From contig CBDBBM010000018.1 of the NCBI GenBank assembly GCA_965203015.1, positions 153,861 through 217,860 on the forward strand: a stretch of DNA of 64,000 bases. Direction: 5' to 3'. Of this stretch, positions 41,487 to 50,640 are shown piece by piece; within the stretch, counting starts at the first letter, position 1; each line of letters starts with the position of its first letter. The position numbers and the translations under genes were made by a program. The stretch comes from Chloroflexota bacterium (GTDB lineage: Bacteria; Chloroflexota; UBA11872; VXNJ01). The notes under the pieces are model-generated. The model ran no database searches and was not told the origin of the DNA. It saw nothing but the letters and a program-made list of their open reading frames with translations.

Positions 41487-42655
41487 CCCAGGATCGCCAC
41501 TCCCGGCAGGATCTTGCCTTCGAGCATTTCCAGCGACGCTCCGCCCCCGGTCGAAACGTGGTCGAACCGGTCCGCCAGACCCAGGGCCATGACCGCGGCG
41601 ACCGAGTCGCCGCCGCCCACGATCGAATAGGCGCCCGATCCGGCAATCGCCCGGGCCAGCGCGTTGGTCCCGGCGGCAAATGTCGGCACCTCGCTCATCC
41701 CCATCGGTCCGTTCCAGATGACGCTGCCGGCGCCGGCTATGCGTTCGGTGAACCGGGCGACCGTCCGGGGTCCGATATCCAGCATCATCTGGTTATTGGG
41801 GATCGCATCGACATCGACTCTCGATGCACGGGCGGCGTTGCCCGGATCGGTGGCGACGACGGCGTCCTCGGTAACCAGTATGTCCACCCCTTTGGCCTCG
41901 GCGGCGGCGGCGACCGCCGCGGTCTGTCCGAGCATCTGCCGCTCCAGCAGCGAGAGCCCCACGTCGACTCCGCGCGCGGCCAGGAAATTGCCGGCCATCG
42001 CCCCGCCGATAAGCAGCGAATCGACCCGGTCGAGCAGGTTCTCAAGCACGCCCAGCTTGGTCGAAATCTTGGCCCCGCCGATGACCGCAACAAGCGGCCG
42101 GCGCGGCGACTGCAGGGCCCCGGACAGGGCCGCGACCTCGCTCTGGACCAGAAACCCCGGATAGGCCGGCAGGTGTCCGGCGATTCCGACGACCGACGCA
42201 TGATGGCGGTGGCAGGCACCGAAGGCATCGTTGACGAACAGGTCGCCGGGGGCCGCCAGGGCCCGCGCGAACTCCGGATCGTTGGCCGTTTCGCCGGCGT
42301 GAAACCGCACGTTCTCGGCCAGCACCAGCCCGGCCGGCCGGACGCGGCCGATCGCGGCGCCCAGCTCGGGTCCGACGCAGTCGGCGGCAAATTCGACCTG
42401 GCAGCCGCACATCGCAGACAGCGGCTCGACCAGGAGCCGCAGCGACATCTTCGGATCCGGCCGCCCGGACGGGCGTTTGAAATGCGAAAAGACGACGACC
42501 GCGGCGGCCCTGGCCCTTAAAAAATCCAGGGTCGGGGCGACCGCGCGCAGCCGCGTGTCGTCCAGGATCGAGCCGTCTTCGGCGGTGGGAACGTTAAGGT
42601 CCGCGCGAACCAGTACAACGCTGCCGGCGAGCGGTGCCGAGTGCAAGTCCCGCAT
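41483..42655 (-). CDS. pgk: Phosphoglycerate kinase
   Basis: VLVRADLNVP, FSHFKRP, GGAKISTK, and GGGDS near the C-terminus. Confidence 0.95.
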   Translation of the reverse strand: MRDLHSAPLAGSVVLVRADLNVPTAEDGSILDDTRLRAVAPTLDFLRARAAAVVVFSHFKRPSGRPDPKMSLRLLVEPLSAMCGCQVEFAADCVGPELGAAIGRVRPAGLVLAENVRFHAGETANDPEFARALAAPGDLFVNDAFGACHRHHASVVGIAGHLPAYPGFLVQSEVAALSGALQSPRRPLVAVIGGAKISTKLGVLENLLDRVDSLLIGGAMAGNFLAARGVDVGLSLLERQMLGQTAAVAAAAEAKGVDILVTEDAVVATDPGNAARASRVDVDAIPNNQMMLDIGPRTVARFTERIAGAGSVIWNGPMGMSEVPTFAAGTNALARAIAGSGAYSIVGGGDSVAAVMALGLADRFDHVSTGGGASLEMLEGKILPGVAILG

Positions 42656-42691
42656 CTTGAATGGATCCGCTGCAAAGTGCCCGGGCGGGCA

Positions 42692-43702
42692 TCAGTTCGG
42701 GGCGGACTCGCTCCCGATCATGTTCACGACGTCGGCGAGGCGAGACGCATATCCCCACTCGTTGTCGTACCAGGCGGCGATCTTGGCCAGGTTGCCGCCG
42801 ACCACCATCGTGCTGGCCGAATCGACGATCGAAGAGTGCTCGTTGCCCTTCAGGTCGGCCGAGACCAGCGGCTCGTCGGAGACGTCCAGGATCCCGGAAA
42901 GGTGGTTCTGCGAGGCCGCCCGCAGGGTGCGATTGATCTCATCGGCGTCGGTTTCGCGGTCGAGCTCGACCACGAATTCGACGATTGAAACGGTTGCTGT
43001 GGGAACCCGGTAGGCGGCGCCGTCCAGGCGCCCGTTCAGATCGGGGATGACCTGCCCGATCGCCCGCGCCGCGCCGGTGGCGGCGGGCACGATATTGGCG
43101 CCGGCCGCGCGCGCGTCGCGAAGGTCGCTGGTGGCGGTATCCACCAACGACTGCGAAGAGGTGTAGGCGTGCACGGTCGTCATCTGGCCCTTGCGGATTC
43201 CAAACGCGTCGTGGACCACCTTGACCGCCGGGGCAAGGCCGTTCGTGGTGCAGGAGGCGTTCGAAATGATGCGGTGGCTTGCGGGATCGTAGTTGTCATC
43301 GTTTACCCCGAGCACGATCATCACGTCGGCATCAGAGGACGGCGCCGAGATGACGACCCGGCGCGCGCCCGCGGCCAGGTGGCGTTCGGCGAAATCGCGC
43401 TTGGTGCCGACTCCGGTGGCCTCGATCACGACGTCGATCCCGAGATCCCGCCACGGCAGGTTGGTCCAATCGCGCTCGGCGTAGATGTCGATTCTTTCGC
43501 CGTCCACGATCAGGGAGCGCCCGTCGGCCGACACGGTCCCGTCATAGGGGCCGTAGTTTGTGTCGTACTTGAGAAGGTGGGCATTGTGGGCCGGATCGGT
43601 CAGGTCGTTGATCGCGACTATCTCGATCCCCGGGTAGCGTTTGCGGAGGGAACGGAAACACAGGCGGCCGATTCGGCCAAAGCCGTTGATGGCTACGCGC
43701 AT
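42692..43702 (-). CDS. gap: Type I glyceraldehyde-3-phosphate dehydrogenase
   Basis: MRVAINGFGRIGR (ATG 43702 preferred over the track start 43720), SNASCTTN, WYDNEWGY. Confidence 0.95.
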   Translation of the reverse strand: MRVAINGFGRIGRLCFRSLRKRYPGIEIVAINDLTDPAHNAHLLKYDTNYGPYDGTVSADGRSLIVDGERIDIYAERDWTNLPWRDLGIDVVIEATGVGTKRDFAERHLAAGARRVVISAPSSDADVMIVLGVNDDNYDPASHRIISNASCTTNGLAPAVKVVHDAFGIRKGQMTTVHAYTSSQSLVDTATSDLRDARAAGANIVPAATGAARAIGQVIPDLNGRLDGAAYRVPTATVSIVEFVVELDRETDADEINRTLRAASQNHLSGILDVSDEPLVSADLKGNEHSSIVDSASTMVVGGNLAKIAAWYDNEWGYASRLADVVNMIGSESAPN

Positions 43703-43850
43703 GCGGACGAGTCCTAGCAACTGGGGGTGGAGCGGATCCGAGCGCCAGCGGCGTTAAGGCGGCGGTTTTGGATGGGCGCTGCGGGGAGTAATCAAATTGC
43801 AGGTGCGCAAAAATTTTATCCAGAATCGCGGCCGCCCCGGCCGATCCGGA

Positions 43851-45203
43851 TCAACGCCTGCGGGCGCTGCTGGTGGTGCCCTCCACGTTGCCGTGCAATT
43901 CGATCACCGGCGAGCGGCTCTGACCCTCGGCACCGTAGTAGATCTGGAAGATCGTGCTGGCCAGCTGCTCGGAGTCGTGATGCACCGGAATTTCATGGCT
44001 TATGACCGAGTCGGTGAACGTCTCGTAGCCGCGGGCGACCAGCTGCGCCTGGTGGCTGGCCGAAGCCAGGACAAATGCCCGGTTGCGCGCAGCCGCCGGC
44101 AGCCGCGGAGCTGTGTCGCTGTTGACCAGGATGAAATCGAAGAAATTGGGGCCGACATGGTCCTCGATCGCGCTCACGTGATCGAGCAGGTCAAAGCTCT
44201 CGGTCTCGCCGGGCTCGGTGGTCACGTTGACCACGAATAGTTTCATTCCCGCCGACTGGCGAACGGCCGCGGCGATCTCGGGCACCAGCAGGTTGGGCAG
44301 GATCGACGTGTAGATGCTGCCGGGGCCGATCACAATCAGGTCCGCCGCCAGGATAGCGCTGACCGCATCGTCGTTGACCACAACCCGGCGCGGATGCAGG
44401 TACACCCTGCGGATGCGGCGCCGGCTGGAACCGATGCGCGATTCGCCGATGACGGTGGTGCCGTCGACCATTTCGGCGGCCAGATGCACGTCCGAGGCCG
44501 TCGAGGGAGTTACGCTGCCGTGGATTCGCAGGACCTCGGACAAACCCTCAACCCCGCGCTCCACGCCGCCGGCGATGTCGCGCATCGCGGCGATGAGGAG
44601 ATTCCCCAGACTGTGGCCCTGCAGCCCGGTACCGCGCCGGAAGCGGTAGTCGAGCAATTTCGTCATCAGGGCTTCGGAATCGGCCAGCGAGGCCAGGCAG
44701 TTGCGCAGATCGCCGGGCGGCATGAGCTGGAATTCCTTGCGAAGCCGGCCCGAACTCCCGCCATCGTCGGCAACGGTTACCACCGCGGTGATGTTGGCGG
44801 TACGCTCCTTCAGACCGCGCAGGAGCACGCCCTGGCCGGTGCCACCGCCGATGCTGACCACCTGCGGTCCGCGGCGCAGCAGCCGGCCCCGGTAGACCAT
44901 TTCGGCAACGTCCTCGCCGGGCGCGATCACCACCGAAATGACCGAGCGAAACAGCAGGAACACGCTGCCCGCCATGATGCAGAATCCGATGGTGCCGACG
45001 ATGATCTCGCGCACCGGGTGGGCAATCCACTGCAGGGTGACCGCACCAACGGCGGCCGATGTGCTTTCCGGGAAATCCACGGTTCGATAGACGGTCGCCA
45101 GGACCATCGCGATGGCCAGGCCGACCAGGATCGTGCCGGCCATGATGCCGACCACGTAGCGCTTAACGCCCATGCCTATCCGCAACCAGCGCATGGACCG
45201 CAT
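43851..45203 (-). CDS. yvcK: YvcK/CofD-like (UPF0052) protein with an N-terminal multi-TM extension
   Basis: VVSIGGGTGQGVLLRGLKERTANITAVVTVADDGGSSGRLR...PPGDLRNCL...GHSLGNLLIAAM. ATG 45203 has ggaggag 10 nt upstream. The first 110 aa or so contain three hydrophobic helices. Confidence 0.85.
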   Translation of the reverse strand: MRSMRWLRIGMGVKRYVVGIMAGTILVGLAIAMVLATVYRTVDFPESTSAAVGAVTLQWIAHPVREIIVGTIGFCIMAGSVFLLFRSVISVVIAPGEDVAEMVYRGRLLRRGPQVVSIGGGTGQGVLLRGLKERTANITAVVTVADDGGSSGRLRKEFQLMPPGDLRNCLASLADSEALMTKLLDYRFRRGTGLQGHSLGNLLIAAMRDIAGGVERGVEGLSEVLRIHGSVTPSTASDVHLAAEMVDGTTVIGESRIGSSRRRIRRVYLHPRRVVVNDDAVSAILAADLIVIGPGSIYTSILPNLLVPEIAAAVRQSAGMKLFVVNVTTEPGETESFDLLDHVSAIEDHVGPNFFDFILVNSDTAPRLPAAARNRAFVLASASHQAQLVARGYETFTDSVISHEIPVHHDSEQLASTIFQIYYGAEGQSRSPVIELHGNVEGTTSSARRR

Positions 45204-45745
45204 TAACAAAATCTCCTCCGCCGCCCGGGCGGTGCTGGCGAAATCTTGCGAGGCGCCGCGGGCCGGCAGCCCACCGTTATGCAAACAGGTGGCTCAACCA
45301 TCTCCAATTTAGCAGGGGCCACCTACACCGGCACCGCGTTGCGCGAGGGCGGCCTTGGCGGTTCGGGCGGATTTGCCACCCCGGTGTCATTGGCGCCACG
45401 CCGGTTCGGGCCGATGCGGCGCGCCAATTGACCCCGCTCGTCCCTGCCGCGGTACCGGACCGGTCCGCGGAGTGTTCCCGCCGGCACCGCCTCCGGGCGC
45501 GGTCAGGAGAATCTGCCCGGCTGACCGCGGGCCCCGAAATTGCTCCACCGGGGCGCGGCCGCCGCTACCCGGTCCAATAGGGGCCTTGCGCGGCAATGCT
45601 GACTTGCATAAGGGCGCGGTCCGCGTGGGCGCCCGACGGGCGGCCGTCATTCGGCAAGTGGGCGACCGCCGACCCGTTCTGCGGTTTAAATCCGTAAGGC
45701 AATGCGCCAGGTATTTGAAGTTCGCTTGTCTTTCGGAGGACCCTG

Positions 45746-46036
45746 TTGTGGATCGGAACGCTTTCGCTTGAACTGCACCTTCCGCCGTGCCGCTCGCGCA
45801 AGGAAAAGCGCAGCTTGGTCCGCTCCATGGTCGAGCGGGTCCGGAACCGATTCAATGCCGCCTGTTCGGAGGTCGGCTACCAGGAAGATCTGCGGCTCAC
45901 CCGGTTGGGGGTCGCGGTGGTGTCCAACCAGCGTTCGCACGCCGAACAATCGCTGGAGAACATAGAAGCCGCGATTTGGTCTCGCCAGCCCGAAGTCGAA
46001 GTCCTGACGCGCGAGGTTTCAATATACTCGCTCTAG
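45746..46036 (+). CDS. DUF503 (YlxP-like) protein
   Basis: IGTLSLELHLPPCRSRKEKRSLVRSMVERVRNRFNAACSEVGYQEDLRLTRLGVAVVSN is the family pattern. Confidence 0.8.
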   Translation: MWIGTLSLELHLPPCRSRKEKRSLVRSMVERVRNRFNAACSEVGYQEDLRLTRLGVAVVSNQRSHAEQSLENIEAAIWSRQPEVEVLTREVSIYSL

Positions 46037-46138
46037 AAACCAGACGGCCATGCATTGCCATTCCGCAGCCGGTAATCGTCCGGCACATGCACCCCTGACT
46101 GCACGGCCGGCCGCGCGACCCGAGATGGGCACACTCCA

Positions 46139-46273
46139 ATGAAACGCACCTATCAACCCAAAGTGCGACGCCGCAAGCGGCGCCACGGGTTTCGGCACCG
46201 CATGCACACCCGCGCCGGCCGCGCCATCATTCGGCGGCGGCGGCGCAAAGGCAGGCAGCGTCTGGCGGCCTGA
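46139..46273 (+). CDS. rpmH: 50S ribosomal protein L34
   Basis: Below the track size cutoff. Manual translation gives [44 protein letters not shown]. Confidence 0.95.
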   Translation: MKRTYQPKVRRRKRRHGFRHRMHTRAGRAIIRRRRRKGRQRLAA

Positions 46274-46295
46274 TCGGCGGCGGCAAACCATCCTG

Positions 46296-46640
46296 ATGAA
46301 TTCCAACCAAACGGCGCCGCTTCGGCGCCTGCGCAAAGGCGCCCAGATTGCCCGCACGCGGCGGGATGGCGCCCGCTACAGTTCGCGGTCAATGCGCGCA
46401 TTTGCCTGCCCCTCGCAAGAAGCCGGTCTCCGGCTGGCGGTGACCGCCAGCCGCCGCGTCGGCAAGGCGGTGCGGCGCAATCGCGCGCGCCGGCGGCTGC
46501 GGGCCGCTTTCGCCCAGTCGCAGCGCGAGCTGGGCGCCAGCCTGGACGTGGTCGTAAACGCCCGCGCCGAGACGATAACGGCGCCGTGGGAACGCCTGCT
46601 CGGCGACGCACGTCGCGTCCTGGGACTGCACCGCCGGTGA
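46296..46640 (+). CDS. rnpA: Ribonuclease P protein component
   Basis: Position after rpmH, a basic 114-aa protein, and the [24 protein letters not shown] motif. Confidence 0.9.
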   Translation: MNSNQTAPLRRLRKGAQIARTRRDGARYSSRSMRAFACPSQEAGLRLAVTASRRVGKAVRRNRARRRLRAAFAQSQRELGASLDVVVNARAETITAPWERLLGDARRVLGLHRR

Positions 46641-46870
46641 AAAAGGTCCTGCTGGCCGCGATCAAGGCCTATCAACTGGGGATCTCGCCGCTGCTGGGGT
46701 CCAACTGCCGCTATCTGCCTTCATGCTCGCAGTACGCCGCCGAGGCGATTGAGGCCCACGGCGCCTGGCGTGGAATCGGCCTGGGAATACGCAGGATCCT
46801 GCGCTGCCACCCGTTTGCGCGGGGCGGCTACGATCCCGTGCCGCAGCAGGACCGGCGAAGGGAAGCCTGA
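46637..46870 (+). CDS. yidD: Membrane protein insertion efficiency factor YidD
   Basis: [56 protein letters not shown] 46637 overlaps the rnpA stop (GTGA). Confidence 0.9.
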   Translation: MKKVLLAAIKAYQLGISPLLGSNCRYLPSCSQYAAEAIEAHGAWRGIGLGIRRILRCHPFARGGYDPVPQQDRRREA

Positions 46871-47847
46871 TGCCCGGCTGGCAGGAATTTGTGATCGACC
46901 CGCTGTCGGCGGCACTGACCGGACTGGCCGATTCGGTTGGCGGGTTCGGTATCGCGATCGTGCTGATGACCCTGGCCATTCGGGTCCTGATCTTCCCGCT
47001 TTCGGTGCGCGGCATACGGGCCCAGCGCCGGATTCAGGTCCTGCAGCCCAAGGTAAACGAGATCAAGCGGCGCGCGCGCGGCGATCGCCAGAAGGAATCC
47101 CAGCTGACGATGGCGCTCTACCGCGAACACGGGGTCTCCCCGATGTCGGGGTGCCTGCCGCTGCTCCTGCAGATGCCGGTGCTGCTGGCCATGTACGGGG
47201 CGCTGCTGACGGTGGGAACCTGCATCGGCGCCGACGGCATTCGCATCGACCAGGGCGTAATGGGGCTCGGCGCGGACTCCTATTCCAACTGCGCTGCCGC
47301 CGGCGGCAGCGTGCCGCTGGACGAGGACTTCATGTGGTTCAACCTGGCCCAGATCGACCGGACCATCGAATTCGGTTTCCTGCCCGAGTGGTGGCCCACG
47401 CCGCTCACCTACATCTCGATCCTGGCGATCCTGGGCGGATTGACCTTCTGGCTGCAGACGTACATGGCCCAACCGGTCCAGGAACCGACCGGTCCGCAGG
47501 CGACGTTCCAGCGCGTGATGCAGATCTACCCGCTCTTTTTCGTGTTCATCGGATGGTTTTTCTTCTCCGGAATCCTGCTGTACTGGGTGCTGGCCGGGTT
47601 CATCCAGATCGGTCAACAGTTCTTCATATCGGGGCTCGGAAAATTCGAGCCAATGCTCTCGGTCAAACAACTGGAACTGGCCAAGCGGCTGGGAGCCGGA
47701 TATTTCGCAAGACCCGGGTCGCAGCCCCCGCCCGAGAGCAGTGCGCCGCCTGAGGTGACCGAAGAGCAAACCGACCCGCGCCCGCTTGGCAGTTCCTCAA
47801 CCAATACCCGCAAGAGACGCAGACGAAGGAGACGTCGTCGTGGATGA
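46870..47847 (+). CDS. yidC: Membrane protein insertase YidC (short, monoderm type)
   Basis: GIAIVLMTLAIRVLIFPLSVRGIRAQRRIQVLQPKVNEIK...YREHGVSPMSGCLPLLLQMPVLLAMY, with a poly-Arg C-tail. Confidence 0.95.
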   Translation: MPGWQEFVIDPLSAALTGLADSVGGFGIAIVLMTLAIRVLIFPLSVRGIRAQRRIQVLQPKVNEIKRRARGDRQKESQLTMALYREHGVSPMSGCLPLLLQMPVLLAMYGALLTVGTCIGADGIRIDQGVMGLGADSYSNCAAAGGSVPLDEDFMWFNLAQIDRTIEFGFLPEWWPTPLTYISILAILGGLTFWLQTYMAQPVQEPTGPQATFQRVMQIYPLFFVFIGWFFFSGILLYWVLAGFIQIGQQFFISGLGKFEPMLSVKQLELAKRLGAGYFARPGSQPPPESSAPPEVTEEQTDPRPLGSSSTNTRKRRRRRRRRRG

Positions 47848-48667
47848 AATCGAGGTAAAGGCGTCAACCGTCGAGGCCGCCATCAAAAAAGCGCTCGATG
47901 CACTCGATGCCACCCTGGATGAAGTCGATACGCAGATCCTGGACTCGGGATCGCCCGGACGCATGCTCGGATTCGGGGCCCGCGACGCGGTCGTGCTAGT
48001 CACCCGCCGTCGCGAACCCCATGAATTCGACCTGGAAGCCGATGACGAGCCCGAGGACGAGCCCCGGCCGCAACGGCGCAGGCGCCGCAGGCCGCGCCGC
48101 GGCCCCCGTCGCCGCAGCCAGCCTGACGCTGGCGAAACAGCCGCCCGGGCGGGCGCGGCAACCGCGGTCCAGACCCAGCCGCGCGAACGACCGAAGCCGG
48201 AGCCCATGAGCGACGAGGCGGTTGAGGAAGCGCGCCTCTTCGTGGCCGAGCTGCTCGAAAGAATGGGCTATGCGGCCGAGGTCGAAAGCGTGGCCGGAGA
48301 TCCGCCGGTCCTGAACATTTCGGCAAGCGACGGCCAGGACATGGCCACACTCATCGGCTCGCGCGGCGACACGCTGCGCCAGTTTGGTTTCCTGGTCTCG
48401 TCGATGCTGGGCAGGCGAATGGACCAGAGCGTCCGAATCGTAATCGACGTGGACAACTACCGTCGCCGGCGCGAAGATTCAATCCGCGATCTGGCCATGG
48501 AGGCCGCCGACGCGGTGCGCGAAACCGGCCGCACGGTCACGCTCCGGGTTATGCCCGGCCACGAACGCCGGATAGTCCACCTCGCCCTGGCCGAAGACGA
48601 AGAAGTGCATTCCTACTCGATCGGACAGAACCGCAGCCGCAGGGTCGTAATCGCCCTCCGCGACTAG
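47840..48667 (+). CDS. jag: Jag/KhpB (KH plus R3H RNA-binding protein)
   Basis: IEVKASTVEAAIKKALDALDATLDEVDTQILDSG N-domain, an acidic/basic linker, then a KH/R3H C-terminus (...MPGHERRIVHLAL...). The GTG 47840 start was chosen by position. Confidence 0.8.
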   Translation: MDEIEVKASTVEAAIKKALDALDATLDEVDTQILDSGSPGRMLGFGARDAVVLVTRRREPHEFDLEADDEPEDEPRPQRRRRRRPRRGPRRRSQPDAGETAARAGAATAVQTQPRERPKPEPMSDEAVEEARLFVAELLERMGYAAEVESVAGDPPVLNISASDGQDMATLIGSRGDTLRQFGFLVSSMLGRRMDQSVRIVIDVDNYRRRREDSIRDLAMEAADAVRETGRTVTLRVMPGHERRIVHLALAEDEEVHSYSIGQNRSRRVVIALRD

Positions 48668-48700
48668 CCCCGGCGCCTTTCCGGGCCAAAAGGAGCATCA

Positions 48701-49588
48701 ATGCCGCGGCCAACCTATGCGATCGTCGGCCATGTGGTCCTGGACCGCGTGCCGGAGGGAACGCGCGTCGGCGGGACCGTTTCCTTCGGCGGAGTCACGG
48801 CGGTCAAGCTGGGGGCCAAGGTCCGGGTCGTCACGGCCGTTTCGGAGGACCAGCGCGAGCGGATCGCCAGCCGCTACGGGGACGCCGACTTCAAGTGGGT
48901 CCCCACGCCGGTGACAACGATCTACGAGAACATCTATCTGCCCGGCGGACGGGTCCAGTACTGTCACGAACTGGCCTCGCCGATATCAGTCGGCGACGTT
49001 CCTTCGGACTGGCTGGCCTCGGACGTCTTTCATCTGGCGCCACTCACCGGGGAAGTCCCGCCCGAAATGGCCGGCGCCATCCCGGACAACACCCTGGTGG
49101 GGGTCACCCCGCAGGGGTGGTTGCGGGCGCGCGCGGCCGATGGCCTGATCTCGACCAAGCTCTGGGACCGCTGCGAGGAAATCCTTGAGCGCGCCGACAT
49201 CCTGGTCCTTTCCGAGCACGATCCGAATTCGCCCGAGGAGCTGCGGCGCTATCTGCGGCCCATCCGGCACGGCATCGTCACCCGCGGCGTGGACGGGGCC
49301 GAGATCTTCGAGTACGGACGGCACCGCCACCACATCAGCGCCTACCCGGCGGACGAGGTGGATCCCACCGGCGCGGGCGACTGTTACGCGGCAGCAGTAT
49401 TTCTCGAATTCACACGTACCGGAGATATCGTCAAGGCCTGCCGGTTCGCCTCGGCGGAGGCGGCCTACCAGGTGGAAAAACCCGGGCTCGACGGCATCGT
49501 GGGCGACGAGCCGACCCGCCAACGGATGCGGGGGCCGACCCGCCCGGCGGGCGACCCCTATCAGCCCCCCTGGCAGCGCGGGCAGTAG
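48701..49588 (+). CDS. PfkB-family carbohydrate/nucleoside kinase
   Basis: IVGHVVLDRV...GGTVSFGG N-motif and DPTGAGDCYAAA C-motif. Confidence 0.8.
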   Translation: MPRPTYAIVGHVVLDRVPEGTRVGGTVSFGGVTAVKLGAKVRVVTAVSEDQRERIASRYGDADFKWVPTPVTTIYENIYLPGGRVQYCHELASPISVGDVPSDWLASDVFHLAPLTGEVPPEMAGAIPDNTLVGVTPQGWLRARAADGLISTKLWDRCEEILERADILVLSEHDPNSPEELRRYLRPIRHGIVTRGVDGAEIFEYGRHRHHISAYPADEVDPTGAGDCYAAAVFLEFTRTGDIVKACRFASAEAAYQVEKPGLDGIVGDEPTRQRMRGPTRPAGDPYQPPWQRGQ

Positions 49589-50382
49589 TGGGTGGCGCGA
49601 CCGCCGACGACTAGGCGCTCAATCGCGGTCCGGCAGCGCCGACAAGGTTCGCCGGTGCGGCGGAAAACCCGCAGCATCGCCTGAAACGCTCCCTCGTCGC
49701 CGTGGGCGTTGGCGTAGATTCCGAACGTCGTCCCTCCCAGGGCGAGCGAAGCGCGCAGAACGTGGCGAAGGGCGCGGTGCAGGCGCCGCAGTTCCCTGCC
49801 GTCCAAGCCGCCGGCCGGGCGCAATGGACTAATCCGCGCCCGAAAGAGCGCTTCGTCGGCGTAGATGTTCCCCACTCCGGCCAGGACTGATTGGTCAAGC
49901 AAGGCCGACTTCAACGCCACACGCCGGCCCTTCAACCGCTCGCCGAGCAACTTTGCACTGAATCTGCGGCCGAGAGGCTCGGGCCCCAGCCGGGCGTCGA
50001 ATTCGCGGAACTGTTCGGGGGTGAGTACCGCCGCCCGACCGAATCGGCGGGCGTCGCAGAAGCGCAACTGCCGACCATCGTCGAACTCTATCGCGAGCCG
50101 CGCATAGGGATCAGGCGGATCGTTACCGCCCCGCAACAATATGCGTCCACTCATCATCAGGTGCAGTTGCAGCACCCGGCGGTCGGATAGTTGGCAGTTT
50201 ATGTATTTGCCGCGACGCTGAATGCACAGCAGGCGTTTACCGGTTAACTCGGACCCGGCCAGATGCGCCAATTTCGAGTCCAGGATTCCAACGGTGGAGA
50301 CCGACCTACCCAGAATCGCAGACCGCAATGCTCGCGTCACCGTTTTCAACTTCGGGAAGTTCGGGCACAATACTCCCGGCAA
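49561..50382 (-). CDS. mutM: Formamidopyrimidine-DNA glycosylase; N-terminus disrupted by an apparent 1-nt frameshift
   Basis: Body and zinc finger are intact (GNIYADEALF..., CRRCRTAIERLVVGGRATHYCPRCQG). The canonical GTG-CCC-GAA-CTT-CCC-GAA-GTT-GAA (MPELPEVE, start 50368) is in a different frame and joins only if one A of the A4 run (plus-strand T4 at 50343-50346) is removed. Confidence 0.85.
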   Translation of the reverse strand: MPGVLCPNFPKLKTVTRALRSAILGRSVSTVGILDSKLAHLAGSELTGKRLLCIQRRGKYINCQLSDRRVLQLHLMMSGRILLRGGNDPPDPYARLAIEFDDGRQLRFCDARRFGRAAVLTPEQFREFDARLGPEPLGRRFSAKLLGERLKGRRVALKSALLDQSVLAGVGNIYADEALFRARISPLRPAGGLDGRELRRLHRALRHVLRASLALGGTTFGIYANAHGDEGAFQAMLRVFRRTGEPCRRCRTAIERLVVGGRATHYCPRCQGG

Positions 50383-50640
50383 TCTGTTACATCTGGCGGC
50401 ATGGGCGGCATAGACAACCCAAGCTTGGTCTTGTCGGACTGCTCCGCAAAACTACGTGTAATCAACCGGATTCCAGGCCAATTGGATGCCACGGTCGCCG
50501 TTGCTTCGCGGCAATAATACTGCCGGACGTTGACGGCTATACCGGTCATTGACCGCGCTGTGTCTTGTAGGGGTGGTTAGACTTCCAGCGCTCTCTCACC
50601 AATGCTGCTCAGCTCAGCGCCACACAACGGCGACCTCCCC

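Noticed and set aside
45204-46300. Replication origin or dnaA expected next to rpmH-rnpA-yidC
   Set aside because: No dnaA or dnaN gene is adjacent. I saw only one imperfect DnaA-box-like 9-mer (ttatgcaaa near 45277) and no cluster or AT-rich unwinding element.
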